Virus record (IMG/VR): IMGVR_UViG_3300008107_000012
Origin: a virus
Strand: one strand, 5' to 3'
Length of the DNA stretch: 64,000 nt
The notes under the pieces were generated by a model that was not told where the DNA came from, ran no database searches, and worked only from the letters and a program-made list of their open reading frames with translations. The position numbers and the translations under genes were made by a program. This document shows positions 45,601 to 56,724 of this stretch, one piece after another. Each line of letters begins with the position of its first letter. Position 1 is the stretch's first letter.

Positions 45601-48600
45601 GGTCGGCACAAGTAATTAATTCTGGTTACGGATATGAGACAAAAAAAAGAACCGTTTCTCCTGTGGGAATTAATACATTTTCTGGAATAATTACTATAAA
45701 AAATCACGATTACCGTGAAGGAGAAATAGTAACTTATACTTCGTCAAATACTGATATTGGAGGTCTTGTATCAAATTCCTCATATTACGTAACAGTTGTT
45801 GATAAAAATAATTTTAAATTATCCAACGTTGCTTTAGGAACTACTGAAAAGGATTTCTTCTATAAAACTAAAAATTATATTAATTTTAACTCCACCGGTT
45901 TAGGGACTCATTCGTTTAACTATGAACCAATAACAATAACGGTAATTGGCAAAACAGGAATAGGTAGTACCTATTCAAATCAAGTAGATTTAAGACCAAT
46001 ATTTACGGGAAAGATTACTTCGGTCCACTTAGAAAACAAAGGATCTTCATATGGATCTGAGATTCTCAATTATAATAGACAACCTGTTATAACTGCATTA
46101 ACTGGCAAAAATGCCCAGGTAAAACCAATAGTATCAAATGGGAAAATAGTAGATGTTATAGTAATCAATAGTGGGACTCAATATTATTCGACACCAAAGA
46201 TAAGTATTGTTGGAACTGGATCAGGTGCTGTTCTAACTCCAATTATAGAAAACAATTCTTTAAAAAGAGTAAAAGTAATTTATGGTGGTGGAGGATACGA
46301 AGAAAATACTTTAATTAATATAGTTCCTGCAGGAGCAGAATCTAAATTTGAGGCAAAAATTAAAACTTGGAGATTTAATTTCTTTGAAAGACTTTTTACA
46401 AATAATCAAATACCTCCTGATGATGGTGTTCTTTATGAAGGAAAAAATGATAAAAATGGATTAGAATATACCCATTTATATGCTCCAAGAAAATTAAGAT
46501 CTTCAGTTCTTGGACAGAGAAGTCTTAATGGAAAATTAGTTTATAATTCAGATTTAGAATTAATCAATGGTGTAGAATCAACATCATTAACACATTCTCC
46601 AATCATTGGTTGGGCATACGACGGAAATCCAATTTATGGACCTTATGGTTATGCCTCTATTACTGGTGGTTCAGTTAAGCAAATGATTTCTGGTTATGAA
46701 CTTACCAATAATTTATTAAATAGACCAAATTATCCATCAGGTTCTTTTGTAGAAGATTATTCTTTTACAAATAGTGGTGACTTAGATGAGCATAATGGAA
46801 GATTCTGCGTAACTCCAGAATTCCCAAATGGAGTATATGCATATTTCTGTACTGTTGATGACGGTCTTCCTCAAAATAATGAACCATTTCTTAATTATAA
46901 AAAACCACAATTCCCTTATGTAATAGGAAATACTTATAAGTCAGTTCCTATAAAATTTAATTTCTTATCCACATCGAATTTAAATAAATTTAATCTAAAT
47001 GAATCTTCTCTATTGAGAAATACTTCTCCATATGGATTATTAAAAAAATATACAACCTATGATCAATTAACTAATCCAAATGAAATTAAATCCCAAATAT
47101 CAAGAATAAAATCAATTTCTTCAGGAAAAATTAATTCTATTGGGATTGTGACAGGAGGCAATTCATACTATGTTGGAGAAAAAATTAACTTTTCTGACGG
47201 TAAGACAAGTGCGTTTGTAACTCAAATAGAAGGAAAACCTGTTGATTTTATTAACGCATCCACAACTACTATTTCTGATGTAGAATTTATTAATAATTCC
47301 GACAACTATACGGGATTTTCATCTATTCCCCATAACTTAATTGATAATGATTTAGTGGTCTTAACTTCATTGGTTGACTACAATATATTTGGAAATATAT
47401 CAGTAAAAAATCATTCTTTGGTCCTTAGATCTGGTATAGAATCATCTTCAATAACGGGGATTGTTACTTATTTGAATGTTTCCGGATCTCTTGAAGAATC
47501 AAAAATAAGAGAAAATGATATATATTATCTTGGAAATGAGCAAATAAAGATTTTAAATATAGATCCACAAAAATCTCAATTAAGAATATTAAGAAACCAA
47601 TATGGAACAATAGGGGTTTCTTCTATTCCTGTAGGTACTGCTATAACAGAAAATCCAAGAAAGTTTGAAATTAACTTTGGAATTACGACTTCATATAACT
47701 ATATTTCCAATAAAGAATTATATTTTAATCCCATATTATCCGTAGGTTTGGGAACTACTGCTGGTGTTGGAATTAATTCTACACTATTTTTAAGTACAAA
47801 TAATTTTAAACACCCAGTATCAATAGGGACTGGTAGCACTACGTTTTTATATTTCTCTGATATTAAGGATATTCAAGAGTATACTGGTGGAGGATACGTT
47901 GATTTAGTAGATTCAACCAATCCATCATTTGATATATCTAAGAAAAAAATAGTTTCCATAGGAGAAACTTCAATTGGAATTGATTTTAATAGTTCTGCCT
48001 TATCTGGAATTGGAGTAACTTCATATGTAAACAAATGGGTTATTAAACAGATTCCAACTCAATCAATTTATCTACAAAATCACAATTTAAATACAGGAGA
48101 CTCTTTAAGTTACTCATCAAATGGAGGAACCAGAGTTTCAGTTTCTACTAATGGTATTTCTAATTTCCAATTGAACGAAAACTCAACTGTTTATGTTGCA
48201 AAAATTTCCAATGATTTAATTGGGATTTCTACAATAAAAGTTGGTTTAGGATCTACAGGAACTTTTGTTGGTGTTGGTTCAATTTCTTCTTCAATTTTAT
48301 ATTTTACTTCAGTTGGAACAGGAGATACTCATAGTTTTACTACTAATTATGAAAACATTTTAGTTGCCGATATATCAAAAAATGTTGTAACTGTACAAAC
48401 AAAAGATCTCCACGGTTTGACTAGAAATGATATTATAGATATTTCTGTTTTTTCGGGAGTAAGTACTTCTATCAAGTTAATATATAATAAAAAACATAGA
48501 AGAGTTTTAGTTAATCCAAGAAACTTTGTTGCATCTGATGTTGATTTAATAAAAAATACAATAACAATTTATGGTCATAACTTAAAAACAGGACAAAAGG

Positions 48601-51600
48601 TAATTCACACTTGCACTGGATCTCCTACAGGAGGGTTACTAAATGATAATATTTACTATGCGATTGTTATAGATCAAAATAAAATCAGATTGTCAAATAC
48701 TTTATATGATTCGATAAAGTCTTTACCAAATTATATTAAATTTACTTCAACATCCTCTGGAACTATATCAAAGATTAATTCTGAAATTAATGTGACAGGG
48801 AATTCTGAAATATCTTTTGATCTTTCGGATTCATCATTATCTTTTACTAATAATTCAAAAAATTATCCAGCATTTGAGTTAGATTTCTATACTGATCCTT
48901 TATTTACAGATAAATATGAAAATTCTGGATTAACAAAAATATTTGATGTTACTAGATCTGGAGTAGTTGGAATTGATACTTCAGCAAAAGTATCTTTAAA
49001 CTTAAAAAATTCACCTCAAATTCTATATTATAAACTCAATCCAATTAACACTAAAATTAATTCAAAAGAAAATTTAGAAATAATTATTGATAGTGATGTA
49101 ACAAACTTTAATAAAATTATTATAAATCAAAGTTTGTATAATGGAATTCAAAAAATAGTTGGAGTTGGTAGCACAACATTTACATTTAATCTAAACAAAA
49201 ATCCAGAATCTTCTTTATATTCATCAAATTCTTCAGATATTAAGTATTATGTTAATTCCCCCACAAGTGCAGATGGTCCAATTTCTAAAATTCAAATTGA
49301 ATCTTCAACTAAAAAATTAACTTCTTTACCAAAAATTTTAGATGTTCAAAATAAAGGTGCAATATTATATGCTGATGGAAAAGAAATAGGATCGGTTAAT
49401 GAAAAAAATATAGAGATAATAGATATTGGATTTAATTATTCTTCAGATTTTTCAATTAGACCTACAGCAAAATTCTCTTCTATATTTGAAATAGATTCAT
49501 ATTCAACTATAGAAAATATTCTTGTTACTTCTACTGGCAAAAAATACTCAGTAAAACCAGATTTAATTCTTTTTGATACATTTACAAAAACTCAAATTGA
49601 TGATGTAGTTCTTGATTATGATATCAATAGACATACAGTATCAATACTTAAAAATACTAATAAAATTACAGGAAATTATACTCCAAAAATCATTCCAATA
49701 AACAATAGTAATGGAATTGGAATCAATTCAATTTCTTATAATTCTACAAATAAAACAGTAACTGTTGGACTTGCAAAATCTTACAGTGATATAGATGATT
49801 TTCCTTTTGTTACTGGAGATAATGTAATTATTGAAAATGTAAGTGTTGGTATTGGGTCAACATTAAAAGGGTATAACTCATCAGAATATGAATATAATTC
49901 ATTTGAAATTATAAGTATAGATCCAAATATTGGTGGATTTGGAGGTACTGTAACTTACAGTATGAGTAAGTATCTTGAAAATGGAGTTATCTTAGGTACT
50001 TATGATTTATTAAATTCTTCCGCAAGGATAATCAATTCGAAAGATTTACCTTCTTTTGAATTAAAAATCAAGAAAAAACAATTCTTGAAAGATGAAAAAA
50101 TAGTGTCTAATGGTTCTATAGGTATAATTGAAAATCATGATGTTGATAGAGATATTATCAAAGTATCTACCGTTGATGATTTTTATGTTGGTAGAACAAT
50201 TAGAGGTTCTTCTTCAAATACTATAGCAAAAATAAAAAAAATACAAGAGTTTGATTTAAACTACAATGTATCTTCTTCATCTATAGTCAACAAAGGTTGG
50301 TCTAAAGAAACTGGATTTTTAAATTACAATACACAGAGAATACACGATAGTGATTATTATCAGTATTTTTCATATTCAATTCAATCAAAAGTTGAGTATG
50401 ATAAATGGAATGAAAATGTTAGTAAGTTAACTCATACATCAGGATTTAAAAAATTTAGTGATTTAATCATAGATTCAAATTCAAATTATTCTGGTATGAA
50501 TAAAGACCAGAACTCTAGTAATATAACAGGAATATCTGATGTTTATAATATTGCAAATGTGAATTGTTACTATGACTTTGATCTAGTCAAAGAAAATAGT
50601 ATTGAAACCAATTTAAAAATGGGATCTAATGAAATAACATTTAATTCAAAAATACTTCAAGATTACATAGAATCTATTGGCAATCGAGTCTTAAATATTG
50701 ATGACATCTCAAAGTCTTTCAACAGCACTTCAAGAATAGATAAATTTAGTGTTGTTGATAGTTTTGATATTTCGTCCGATCCATTTCTTTCTACAAGGTA
50801 TAAAAAGTATTTCTTTAGTATACAGGACAAAGTATTTTTAGACCCTGTTGAGGTTGGTTTAGTATCACTTTTACACGATGACAATTTTGGATATTTAAAT
50901 CAATATGGATTTGTTCACACTGAACAACCTTTAGGAAGTTTTGACTTTTCAATTAGTTCCGGATTTGGACAGTTGAAGTTTTTCCCATATAATTTTTCAG
51001 ATAATATTTACGAAGTAAAATTATTTTCTATTGATTTCCCCAATATTGCTTCTGGATTAGGAAGTACTAGTATAGGTAACATTGTTAATATAACTTCAGA
51101 TTATTCCAAAGTAAGTACTGCAACTACAACTTCTATAGTCAGCATTGCCTCTACATATAGATCGTCAAAAGTTTTAGTTCAAATTGGATCTACTGATGGA
51201 AATTACTATGAAATAAATGAATTTACATTATTGAATGATGGTACTAATGTAAATTCATTAGAATATGGAATGTTGAATACAAATTCATTAAATTCATATT
51301 CTACTACAGGAATAACAACTTTTAATTTCAGTCTTTCTGGAGGAAATTTAAATGTTGAGTTAAATCCAGTAATTGGATATGGATCTAGTTTAAATGTGAA
51401 TACTTTTGTAGTTTCCATAGGGAACAGTGCTTCTACAGGAATTGCTACAGAACGTTATTCTGCTGGGTATATTAATTCTAAATTAAAAACAATATCATCA
51501 TCTCCATCTCCAACAGCAAATGTAGTTTCAAGTTTTGAAAGTGATTCAATTGGAGCTTATTACATAGCTTCAGTTGAGGACTTGACTAATAATGAATATC

Positions 51601-54600
51601 AGACTTGTGAACTTATAATTTCCAGAAGTGATACTAATTCTTCAATTTCCGAATTTGCTGTTATTCAAACTAATGATAGTCTTGGAGAATTTACTTCTGA
51701 TATTTCCGGATCAAATTGCAGATTATTGTTTACTCCTTCTCCAAATATTGAAGTTCAAGTTAGAGTTTGTGAATTTTTAATCACAGAATTAGACGAAGTT
51801 TATCCCACAGATCTTGATTTTGGAAACGGGTTTAATATAATTTATTCATCATCAGAATACTTGGGCACAAATATAGATGTAAGAAAGTCTTTTGATTTAA
51901 CATATAAGCAAAATCCAATTTTCCAAAAAACTTTTAGTGGGGTATCTACTAGTGTAATTTCTATCTTAGATAACACTATAGAAATACCTGGACACTATTT
52001 TGTAACTGGAGAAGAAGTTGAATACTCTTATTTAAATTCAGATGAATCCACTCAAAATGCAATTGGAATAGCAACGACTTCTATTATTGGTATAGGCAAT
52101 ACTAACAAATTACCAAACACTCTTTATATTGTAAAAGTAAATGATTTAAAAGTTAAAGTTTCTGCTTCTGCATCAGAAGCACTTCTTACTATACCAAAAG
52201 TATTAGATATAACTTCTGTTGGAGTGGGAACTAATCACAAATTCACATCTAAAAAACAAAATTCAAAGTGTTTGATTTCTATAGACAATATCATACAATC
52301 ACCAATTGTTTCTACATCCGTTACAACTGGAGTAACAACTTCTTTATCCAAAACTACAAATATAATAAAAATTTCAAGTACTGATGATTTATATGGAGGT
52401 GATTTTATTAAAATTAATGATGAGATTATGAAAATTAAATCTGTAGGTTTTGGTAGTACAAATTCAATTTTGGTACAAAGACCTCTTTTAGGAACTATTG
52501 TACAAAGTCATAATTTAAATGATACGGTTACAAAAATCTCAGGTAATTACAACATAATTGATAATACTTTACATTTTTCAGAAGCACCTTTTGGAAACAT
52601 AGAATTTTTGAATTCAAACAATAGAGGTGACGAGCAAGATTATTATAAAATAGACAGTAGATCTAAGTTTAATGGAAGAGTTTTTATAAGATCTGGTGTA
52701 GAAAATTCTTTAGAAGAAACTTATGCAAAAAATTATATTTTTGATAGTATATCTCTAAGTTTTACTGGATTTACAACTGCCTTTACATTATCTTCAAATA
52801 ATTCTAATGTTAGTGGAATTGTGACATCAAATGGAATTGTTTTAATTAATAATGTTTTTCAATTGCCAAATAAAATTACAGGAACTATTGAAGAAAATCA
52901 ATATACATTAACTGAGTCTTCTGGTATTACAACTATTGTCTTTGAACCAAGCACTTTAATTAATTATGATTCTGATATTAATAAAACTAGTTTACCCAGA
53001 GGTGGAATTATACTTTCTGTTGCTTCTACTGAAGGATTTGGATATCAACCTCTTGTTGCTGCTGGTGGAACTGCTGTTGTGTCTTTAGCAGGAACTATTC
53101 AATCTATAAGTATCGGGAATAGTGGTTCTGGTTATAGATCTGGAATACAAACAACCGTCAATGTTAGTGTAGCAACATCAAGTACAGGAATAATTAATAT
53201 TAATAAAATAGGTACTGCTACTGTAAGTAATGGAAATATTGTAAGTGTTGCTATTACAAATCCAGGAACAGGATATACTTCTACAAATCCTCCTATTGTT
53301 GTATTTGAATCCCCTTTACCTTATTACAATATTCCTTTGATTTATAGTTCACTTTCTTCTGGCATTGGTACTGGGGCAAAAGTCAATATTATCGTTGGAC
53401 AAGGTTCTAGTGTTATTAACTTTGAAATTTCTAACTATGGATTTGGATATCAAATTGGTGACATATTGACCATAAATGTTGGAGGATCAACAGGAATTCC
53501 TACAAATACATCTTTACCATTTAAAGAATTCAATCTTACAATAGATCAAATTTATAATGATACTTTCTATGGGTGGTCTATCGGAACTCTTCAGGTTTTA
53601 GATTCAGTAGAAAACTTAATAGATGGAAATCGTAAATTATTTCCAATTAAAGTTGATGGACAACAAATTTCTATTAGAGCAAGAAAAGGATCTAGTATAG
53701 ATATTCAATCAACATTATTAGTGTTTATAAATGATGTTCTGCAAGTTCCCGGAGAAGGATATACTTTTAATGGAGGAAGTATTATTGAAATTAGTGAACC
53801 TCCAAAAGAAGGAGATAAATTAAAGATTCTTTTCTATAAAGGAACGGGAGATGTTGATACTCAAAGTATAGATATATTAGAACCAGTAGAAACAGGTGAT
53901 ATAGTAAATATAAATTCAACAGATTTACTTCTTGATCAAACAGATAGGTTAGTTGAACAAATTAATAATAGTGATTTAATAGTAACAAATTCTTATTTTG
54001 GAGTGGGAGTTTCATCAAATACAATACTGAAGAGACCAATTACATTATGCAGACAAACAGAGGATAGATTTGTTGATGGAAGATATGTTTCTAAAGATAG
54101 AAACATATATGAACCATTGATTTTCCCAATAACAAATATTATTGAAAACGTTAGTACGTCTTCAACAACAATTTTTGTTGAAGGGGTAAAAACTTTCTTT
54201 GATAACGCAAAAGAATATGTACAAAATAATGTCGATAATGTTCCACAAAAATCTATAAGGATTTTATCTCAAACAACAACATCTGCCGCAATTGCTACAG
54301 CAGTAGTTTCTGCTGCTGGCAGCATATCCTCAATAATAATTTCAGATGGTGGTGTTGGATATTCAACAAATCCTTCAGTAATTGTACAAAATCCAGTAGG
54401 ATCTGGGGTAACAGTTGGCATTGGAACAACGGCATTGGCATCTTCTGTAATATCAATTGGAGGAACAGTTTCATCAATAATCATTACAGATTCCGGAATT
54501 GGTTACACAACAGCAAATCCACCAGTAGTAATAATAGAACCACCATCTGCAACATATGAAGATATTACTAATGTCTCATATACTGGAGACTTTGGAATTA

Positions 54601-55127
54601 TAGTTGGTGTTGCTACTACATCTATTGCAGGAGTAGCTTTGACTGGTATAACTTTTGACTTATTTGTACCTACATCATCTGCTCTTAGAAATACATCAAT
54701 AAATGTAGGTATTGCTACTACTGGAATAAGTGGTATTCAAACAAATTATCTTTTTGTTGTAAATAATTCTAATATTGGGAACGGTGTAACTTCATTGAAT
54801 TCTTCAGGTTCTATTGTTGGGGTAGGTTCTACTTTCTTAGATGGGATTTATAGTGCGGTTAAAGTTTCCACAGCACAAACATCAGTTCCTGGAATTGGAA
54901 TTACAAATGTTTCTAGAGTTGTTGTAAGTGTTCAAAGTTATAATGGATTAACTGGAACTGGTTATAGTGAATTCTTTGGAAATTATTCTTGGGGATTAAT
55001 CTCAAATTTAACAAGAAAAACTCCACAATCATTTGCTGCAAACATAAATGGGTACTCTGGAATTGTTACATCTCCAATTGTTATTAGATCCAAATCTCTT
55101 AAATATATTGGTTACTCTACCACATAA
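42699..55127 (+). CDS. gp7: giant baseplate wedge initiator gp7-like (4142 aa)
   Basis: Position between gp6 and gp8; FYQSKGS..LFR.LFGE, HSPIIGWAYDGNPIYGPY, DSDYYQYFSY. Confidence 0.85.
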   Translation: MKNSIKFYSIVESLVPEYVKIEFPLVIEFLSQYYKSQENQSAALDIIHNIDKYVQIDSVTNLDLTTTLTYPLDFENEVFIYSSKDLPKNYGLIKIDNEIIWYERLVEDTITTATFTIEVGSTSIVSSDVNEDWIGKILIIKDNQGNIVNTTKILSIEDGLSVLTDSPLIIDTEVSVYNSSNTYTCEINGNKLTNCTRGFNATVAYDSDNTTDELVYEETSIDSHVLGSEITNLSIIFLTEFFKKIKIQLAPGFEDEEFYDQINEATFIRNIKQFYQSKGSDCSFELLFRALFGEDVSIIRPRDFVIQSSDAQYNVFRDLVVEQFEGDPEDLENLTLYQDEYLNIPQSKGTIAKVEKIQRGSNFYYTISLDQTKENTYSSNLGEFTIHPKSKTTIDISSGSDFIDVDSTIGFPDSGELLIQKIDGTTFVVSYLSRTSTQFLDCSGIVQDISVNSTIRLNTFAYGYNGSEQIKVFVGGVLSSVNIESTPYYSSINERIKIKTLGKNLETVKSENWFYNITTKYKLEKISLVDTANLVYEVVLYDDNILKVGDSVTLLYSEGSPKNGTIVGQSNKKTFFVVGFEDVNESISYTLRKNILKVNSINYPELSKYSTNVQNVYIDKEQNIFVNSQSLPNYIFEPLLITDRSVTFSGSYIESEIINAISHRFYTGDAVVYVPGDNNNKLDLKKGIYFVYAVDQNNIKLARSRENIYTQNFVKVTGSVTNNKFVLESFTNSTLDTKKLLPQNIFRELSTPKIPDNNSNVETFPGTTGIFVNGVELLNYKSKDVLYYGEIEDIFPTASGSGYDIINPPVLSIEDDNGFGANGYLSINGSLERVDIIDPGFDFTETPTVIISGGNGKEAQVSLNLVSIDYSASFNAKTGINTVTNTVGFTTYHKFRNNEVVLYDPQGQTKISGLSTNSQYYASVIDAFTVKLYNNLDDASIGINTVNLIGIGTGRHLFKSLSKKKQIGSAQVINSGYGYETKKRTVSPVGINTFSGIITIKNHDYREGEIVTYTSSNTDIGGLVSNSSYYVTVVDKNNFKLSNVALGTTEKDFFYKTKNYINFNSTGLGTHSFNYEPITITVIGKTGIGSTYSNQVDLRPIFTGKITSVHLENKGSSYGSEILNYNRQPVITALTGKNAQVKPIVSNGKIVDVIVINSGTQYYSTPKISIVGTGSGAVLTPIIENNSLKRVKVIYGGGGYEENTLINIVPAGAESKFEAKIKTWRFNFFERLFTNNQIPPDDGVLYEGKNDKNGLEYTHLYAPRKLRSSVLGQRSLNGKLVYNSDLELINGVESTSLTHSPIIGWAYDGNPIYGPYGYASITGGSVKQMISGYELTNNLLNRPNYPSGSFVEDYSFTNSGDLDEHNGRFCVTPEFPNGVYAYFCTVDDGLPQNNEPFLNYKKPQFPYVIGNTYKSVPIKFNFLSTSNLNKFNLNESSLLRNTSPYGLLKKYTTYDQLTNPNEIKSQISRIKSISSGKINSIGIVTGGNSYYVGEKINFSDGKTSAFVTQIEGKPVDFINASTTTISDVEFINNSDNYTGFSSIPHNLIDNDLVVLTSLVDYNIFGNISVKNHSLVLRSGIESSSITGIVTYLNVSGSLEESKIRENDIYYLGNEQIKILNIDPQKSQLRILRNQYGTIGVSSIPVGTAITENPRKFEINFGITTSYNYISNKELYFNPILSVGLGTTAGVGINSTLFLSTNNFKHPVSIGTGSTTFLYFSDIKDIQEYTGGGYVDLVDSTNPSFDISKKKIVSIGETSIGIDFNSSALSGIGVTSYVNKWVIKQIPTQSIYLQNHNLNTGDSLSYSSNGGTRVSVSTNGISNFQLNENSTVYVAKISNDLIGISTIKVGLGSTGTFVGVGSISSSILYFTSVGTGDTHSFTTNYENILVADISKNVVTVQTKDLHGLTRNDIIDISVFSGVSTSIKLIYNKKHRRVLVNPRNFVASDVDLIKNTITIYGHNLKTGQKVIHTCTGSPTGGLLNDNIYYAIVIDQNKIRLSNTLYDSIKSLPNYIKFTSTSSGTISKINSEINVTGNSEISFDLSDSSLSFTNNSKNYPAFELDFYTDPLFTDKYENSGLTKIFDVTRSGVVGIDTSAKVSLNLKNSPQILYYKLNPINTKINSKENLEIIIDSDVTNFNKIIINQSLYNGIQKIVGVGSTTFTFNLNKNPESSLYSSNSSDIKYYVNSPTSADGPISKIQIESSTKKLTSLPKILDVQNKGAILYADGKEIGSVNEKNIEIIDIGFNYSSDFSIRPTAKFSSIFEIDSYSTIENILVTSTGKKYSVKPDLILFDTFTKTQIDDVVLDYDINRHTVSILKNTNKITGNYTPKIIPINNSNGIGINSISYNSTNKTVTVGLAKSYSDIDDFPFVTGDNVIIENVSVGIGSTLKGYNSSEYEYNSFEIISIDPNIGGFGGTVTYSMSKYLENGVILGTYDLLNSSARIINSKDLPSFELKIKKKQFLKDEKIVSNGSIGIIENHDVDRDIIKVSTVDDFYVGRTIRGSSSNTIAKIKKIQEFDLNYNVSSSSIVNKGWSKETGFLNYNTQRIHDSDYYQYFSYSIQSKVEYDKWNENVSKLTHTSGFKKFSDLIIDSNSNYSGMNKDQNSSNITGISDVYNIANVNCYYDFDLVKENSIETNLKMGSNEITFNSKILQDYIESIGNRVLNIDDISKSFNSTSRIDKFSVVDSFDISSDPFLSTRYKKYFFSIQDKVFLDPVEVGLVSLLHDDNFGYLNQYGFVHTEQPLGSFDFSISSGFGQLKFFPYNFSDNIYEVKLFSIDFPNIASGLGSTSIGNIVNITSDYSKVSTATTTSIVSIASTYRSSKVLVQIGSTDGNYYEINEFTLLNDGTNVNSLEYGMLNTNSLNSYSTTGITTFNFSLSGGNLNVELNPVIGYGSSLNVNTFVVSIGNSASTGIATERYSAGYINSKLKTISSSPSPTANVVSSFESDSIGAYYIASVEDLTNNEYQTCELIISRSDTNSSISEFAVIQTNDSLGEFTSDISGSNCRLLFTPSPNIEVQVRVCEFLITELDEVYPTDLDFGNGFNIIYSSSEYLGTNIDVRKSFDLTYKQNPIFQKTFSGVSTSVISILDNTIEIPGHYFVTGEEVEYSYLNSDESTQNAIGIATTSIIGIGNTNKLPNTLYIVKVNDLKVKVSASASEALLTIPKVLDITSVGVGTNHKFTSKKQNSKCLISIDNIIQSPIVSTSVTTGVTTSLSKTTNIIKISSTDDLYGGDFIKINDEIMKIKSVGFGSTNSILVQRPLLGTIVQSHNLNDTVTKISGNYNIIDNTLHFSEAPFGNIEFLNSNNRGDEQDYYKIDSRSKFNGRVFIRSGVENSLEETYAKNYIFDSISLSFTGFTTAFTLSSNNSNVSGIVTSNGIVLINNVFQLPNKITGTIEENQYTLTESSGITTIVFEPSTLINYDSDINKTSLPRGGIILSVASTEGFGYQPLVAAGGTAVVSLAGTIQSISIGNSGSGYRSGIQTTVNVSVATSSTGIININKIGTATVSNGNIVSVAITNPGTGYTSTNPPIVVFESPLPYYNIPLIYSSLSSGIGTGAKVNIIVGQGSSVINFEISNYGFGYQIGDILTINVGGSTGIPTNTSLPFKEFNLTIDQIYNDTFYGWSIGTLQVLDSVENLIDGNRKLFPIKVDGQQISIRARKGSSIDIQSTLLVFINDVLQVPGEGYTFNGGSIIEISEPPKEGDKLKILFYKGTGDVDTQSIDILEPVETGDIVNINSTDLLLDQTDRLVEQINNSDLIVTNSYFGVGVSSNTILKRPITLCRQTEDRFVDGRYVSKDRNIYEPLIFPITNIIENVSTSSTTIFVEGVKTFFDNAKEYVQNNVDNVPQKSIRILSQTTTSAAIATAVVSAAGSISSIIISDGGVGYSTNPSVIVQNPVGSGVTVGIGTTALASSVISIGGTVSSIIITDSGIGYTTANPPVVIIEPPSATYEDITNVSYTGDFGIIVGVATTSIAGVALTGITFDLFVPTSSALRNTSINVGIATTGISGIQTNYLFVVNNSNIGNGVTSLNSSGSIVGVGSTFLDGIYSAVKVSTAQTSVPGIGITNVSRVVVSVQSYNGLTGTGYSEFFGNYSWGLISNLTRKTPQSFAANINGYSGIVTSPIVIRSKSLKYIGYSTT

Positions 55128-55146
55128 ATAGATAAAAAACCGTAAA

Positions 55147-56718
55147 ATGTCTGCAATTATAACTGATCAATTAAGAATATTGAATGCGAAGAATTTTGTT
55201 TCCTCGGCAACAACTTCTTCTAATTCATATTATGCTTTTATCGGTCTCCCAAATGCAACTGAATATGATGCTAATTGGGATAAAAACCCACCTGCACCAA
55301 AAGATAGTTTTGATGATGAAAATGATTATTGGGATAGTATAATTGCATTAAAAAAAATTAATTCGGAAGATGTTAAGCAGGTAATTAGAAAAGTTTCTTG
55401 GCAATCTGGAATTACTTATGATATGTACCGTCATAAGATTTCTAGAGACAATTTATCATTACCCTCTCAAGCAACTAACTTATATTCAGCAAATTATTAT
55501 ATAGTTAATAGTGAATACAAAGTTTATATTTGTATTCATAATGGAGCAGATCCAGAAAATCCCGAAGGAAGACCGTCATTAGATGAACCAACATTTGTCG
55601 ATTTAGAACCAAGACCAGCTGGAACAAGTGGGGATGGATATATTTGGAAATATTTGTATACTATTTCTCCAAGTGATATTATAAAATTTGACGGAATTAA
55701 CTACATTCCTGTTCCTAAAAATTGGGGTGAAGATTCTTCAACGTCAATTATTAAAGAAAATGCAAAAACAAGTACTCAAATTAAAAATATAATTATAAGA
55801 AGCAGAGGAGATAATCTTGGTTCTCCGGGAATTTATTCTAATGTTCCAATTAAAGGAGACGGAACTGGAGCAGAGGCAACTATTGTTATTAATGATAATT
55901 TTCAAGTCGAATCAATTACCGTATCTAATGGTGGATCTGGTTATACATATGCATCAGTTGACATTGAATCAAGTGATATATCAACTACAGAAGTTGGGTT
56001 TTCTTCACCACTTTTTGAAGTTGTAATTCCACCTGTAGGAGGTCACGGATATGATATCTATAGAGAACTTGGAGCTTACAACGTTTTAGTTTATTCCAGA
56101 GTTGAAAATGATTTGGAAAATCCAGATTTTATTTTAGGGAATCAAGTAGCAAGATTTGGAATTTTAAAAAATCCCATTGCATATGGGTCGGAAGAAATTT
56201 TAAATGAAGACAAAGTTAGTGCAGTATATGCAATAAAACTTTCTGGAAATTTTCAAGACGCAGAATATACATCAGATAGTTTAATTACTCAAACAATTTC
56301 AACCGGAACAACGGCAATTGGAAAGGTTATTTCATATGATTCAAATACTGGAGTTTTGAAATATTGGCAAGATAGAACATTATATGGATTTAATTTTGAT
56401 GGTACTGATAATTTGAATCCAACTTATGGATTTCAGAATATTTCATTTACTTCTTCACCGGGAACTGGTGGAAATTTATCTATAGTTGGAGATCAATATT
56501 CATTATCTATAGATACATCTTTTGGCAGTGAGTCTTCACCTGCATCAAGTACAACTATAAATAATAAAACATACTATCTTGGACAAGAGTTTGTAGAGGG
56601 ATTATCAAATCCCGAAGTAAAAAAACATTCTGGAGATATTATTTACGTTGACAATAGACCCTCAATTACCAGGTCTCAAAATCAAAAAGAAGATATCAAA
56701 GTCATTTTGCAATTTTAA
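55147..56718 (+). CDS. gp8: baseplate wedge subunit gp8
   Basis: MSAIITDQ.RI.NA, W.SG..YDMY, DGYIWKYLY, SGDIIYVDNR; TAAATA 55125-55130. Confidence 0.9.
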   Translation: MSAIITDQLRILNAKNFVSSATTSSNSYYAFIGLPNATEYDANWDKNPPAPKDSFDDENDYWDSIIALKKINSEDVKQVIRKVSWQSGITYDMYRHKISRDNLSLPSQATNLYSANYYIVNSEYKVYICIHNGADPENPEGRPSLDEPTFVDLEPRPAGTSGDGYIWKYLYTISPSDIIKFDGINYIPVPKNWGEDSSTSIIKENAKTSTQIKNIIIRSRGDNLGSPGIYSNVPIKGDGTGAEATIVINDNFQVESITVSNGGSGYTYASVDIESSDISTTEVGFSSPLFEVVIPPVGGHGYDIYRELGAYNVLVYSRVENDLENPDFILGNQVARFGILKNPIAYGSEEILNEDKVSAVYAIKLSGNFQDAEYTSDSLITQTISTGTTAIGKVISYDSNTGVLKYWQDRTLYGFNFDGTDNLNPTYGFQNISFTSSPGTGGNLSIVGDQYSLSIDTSFGSESSPASSTTINNKTYYLGQEFVEGLSNPEVKKHSGDIIYVDNRPSITRSQNQKEDIKVILQF

Positions 56719-56724
56719 AGAATT

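Noticed and set aside
42699-55127. 4142-aa ORF as a novelty
   Set aside because: Very long gp7-like proteins with Gly/Ser/Thr-rich repeats are usual in T4-like cyanophages.
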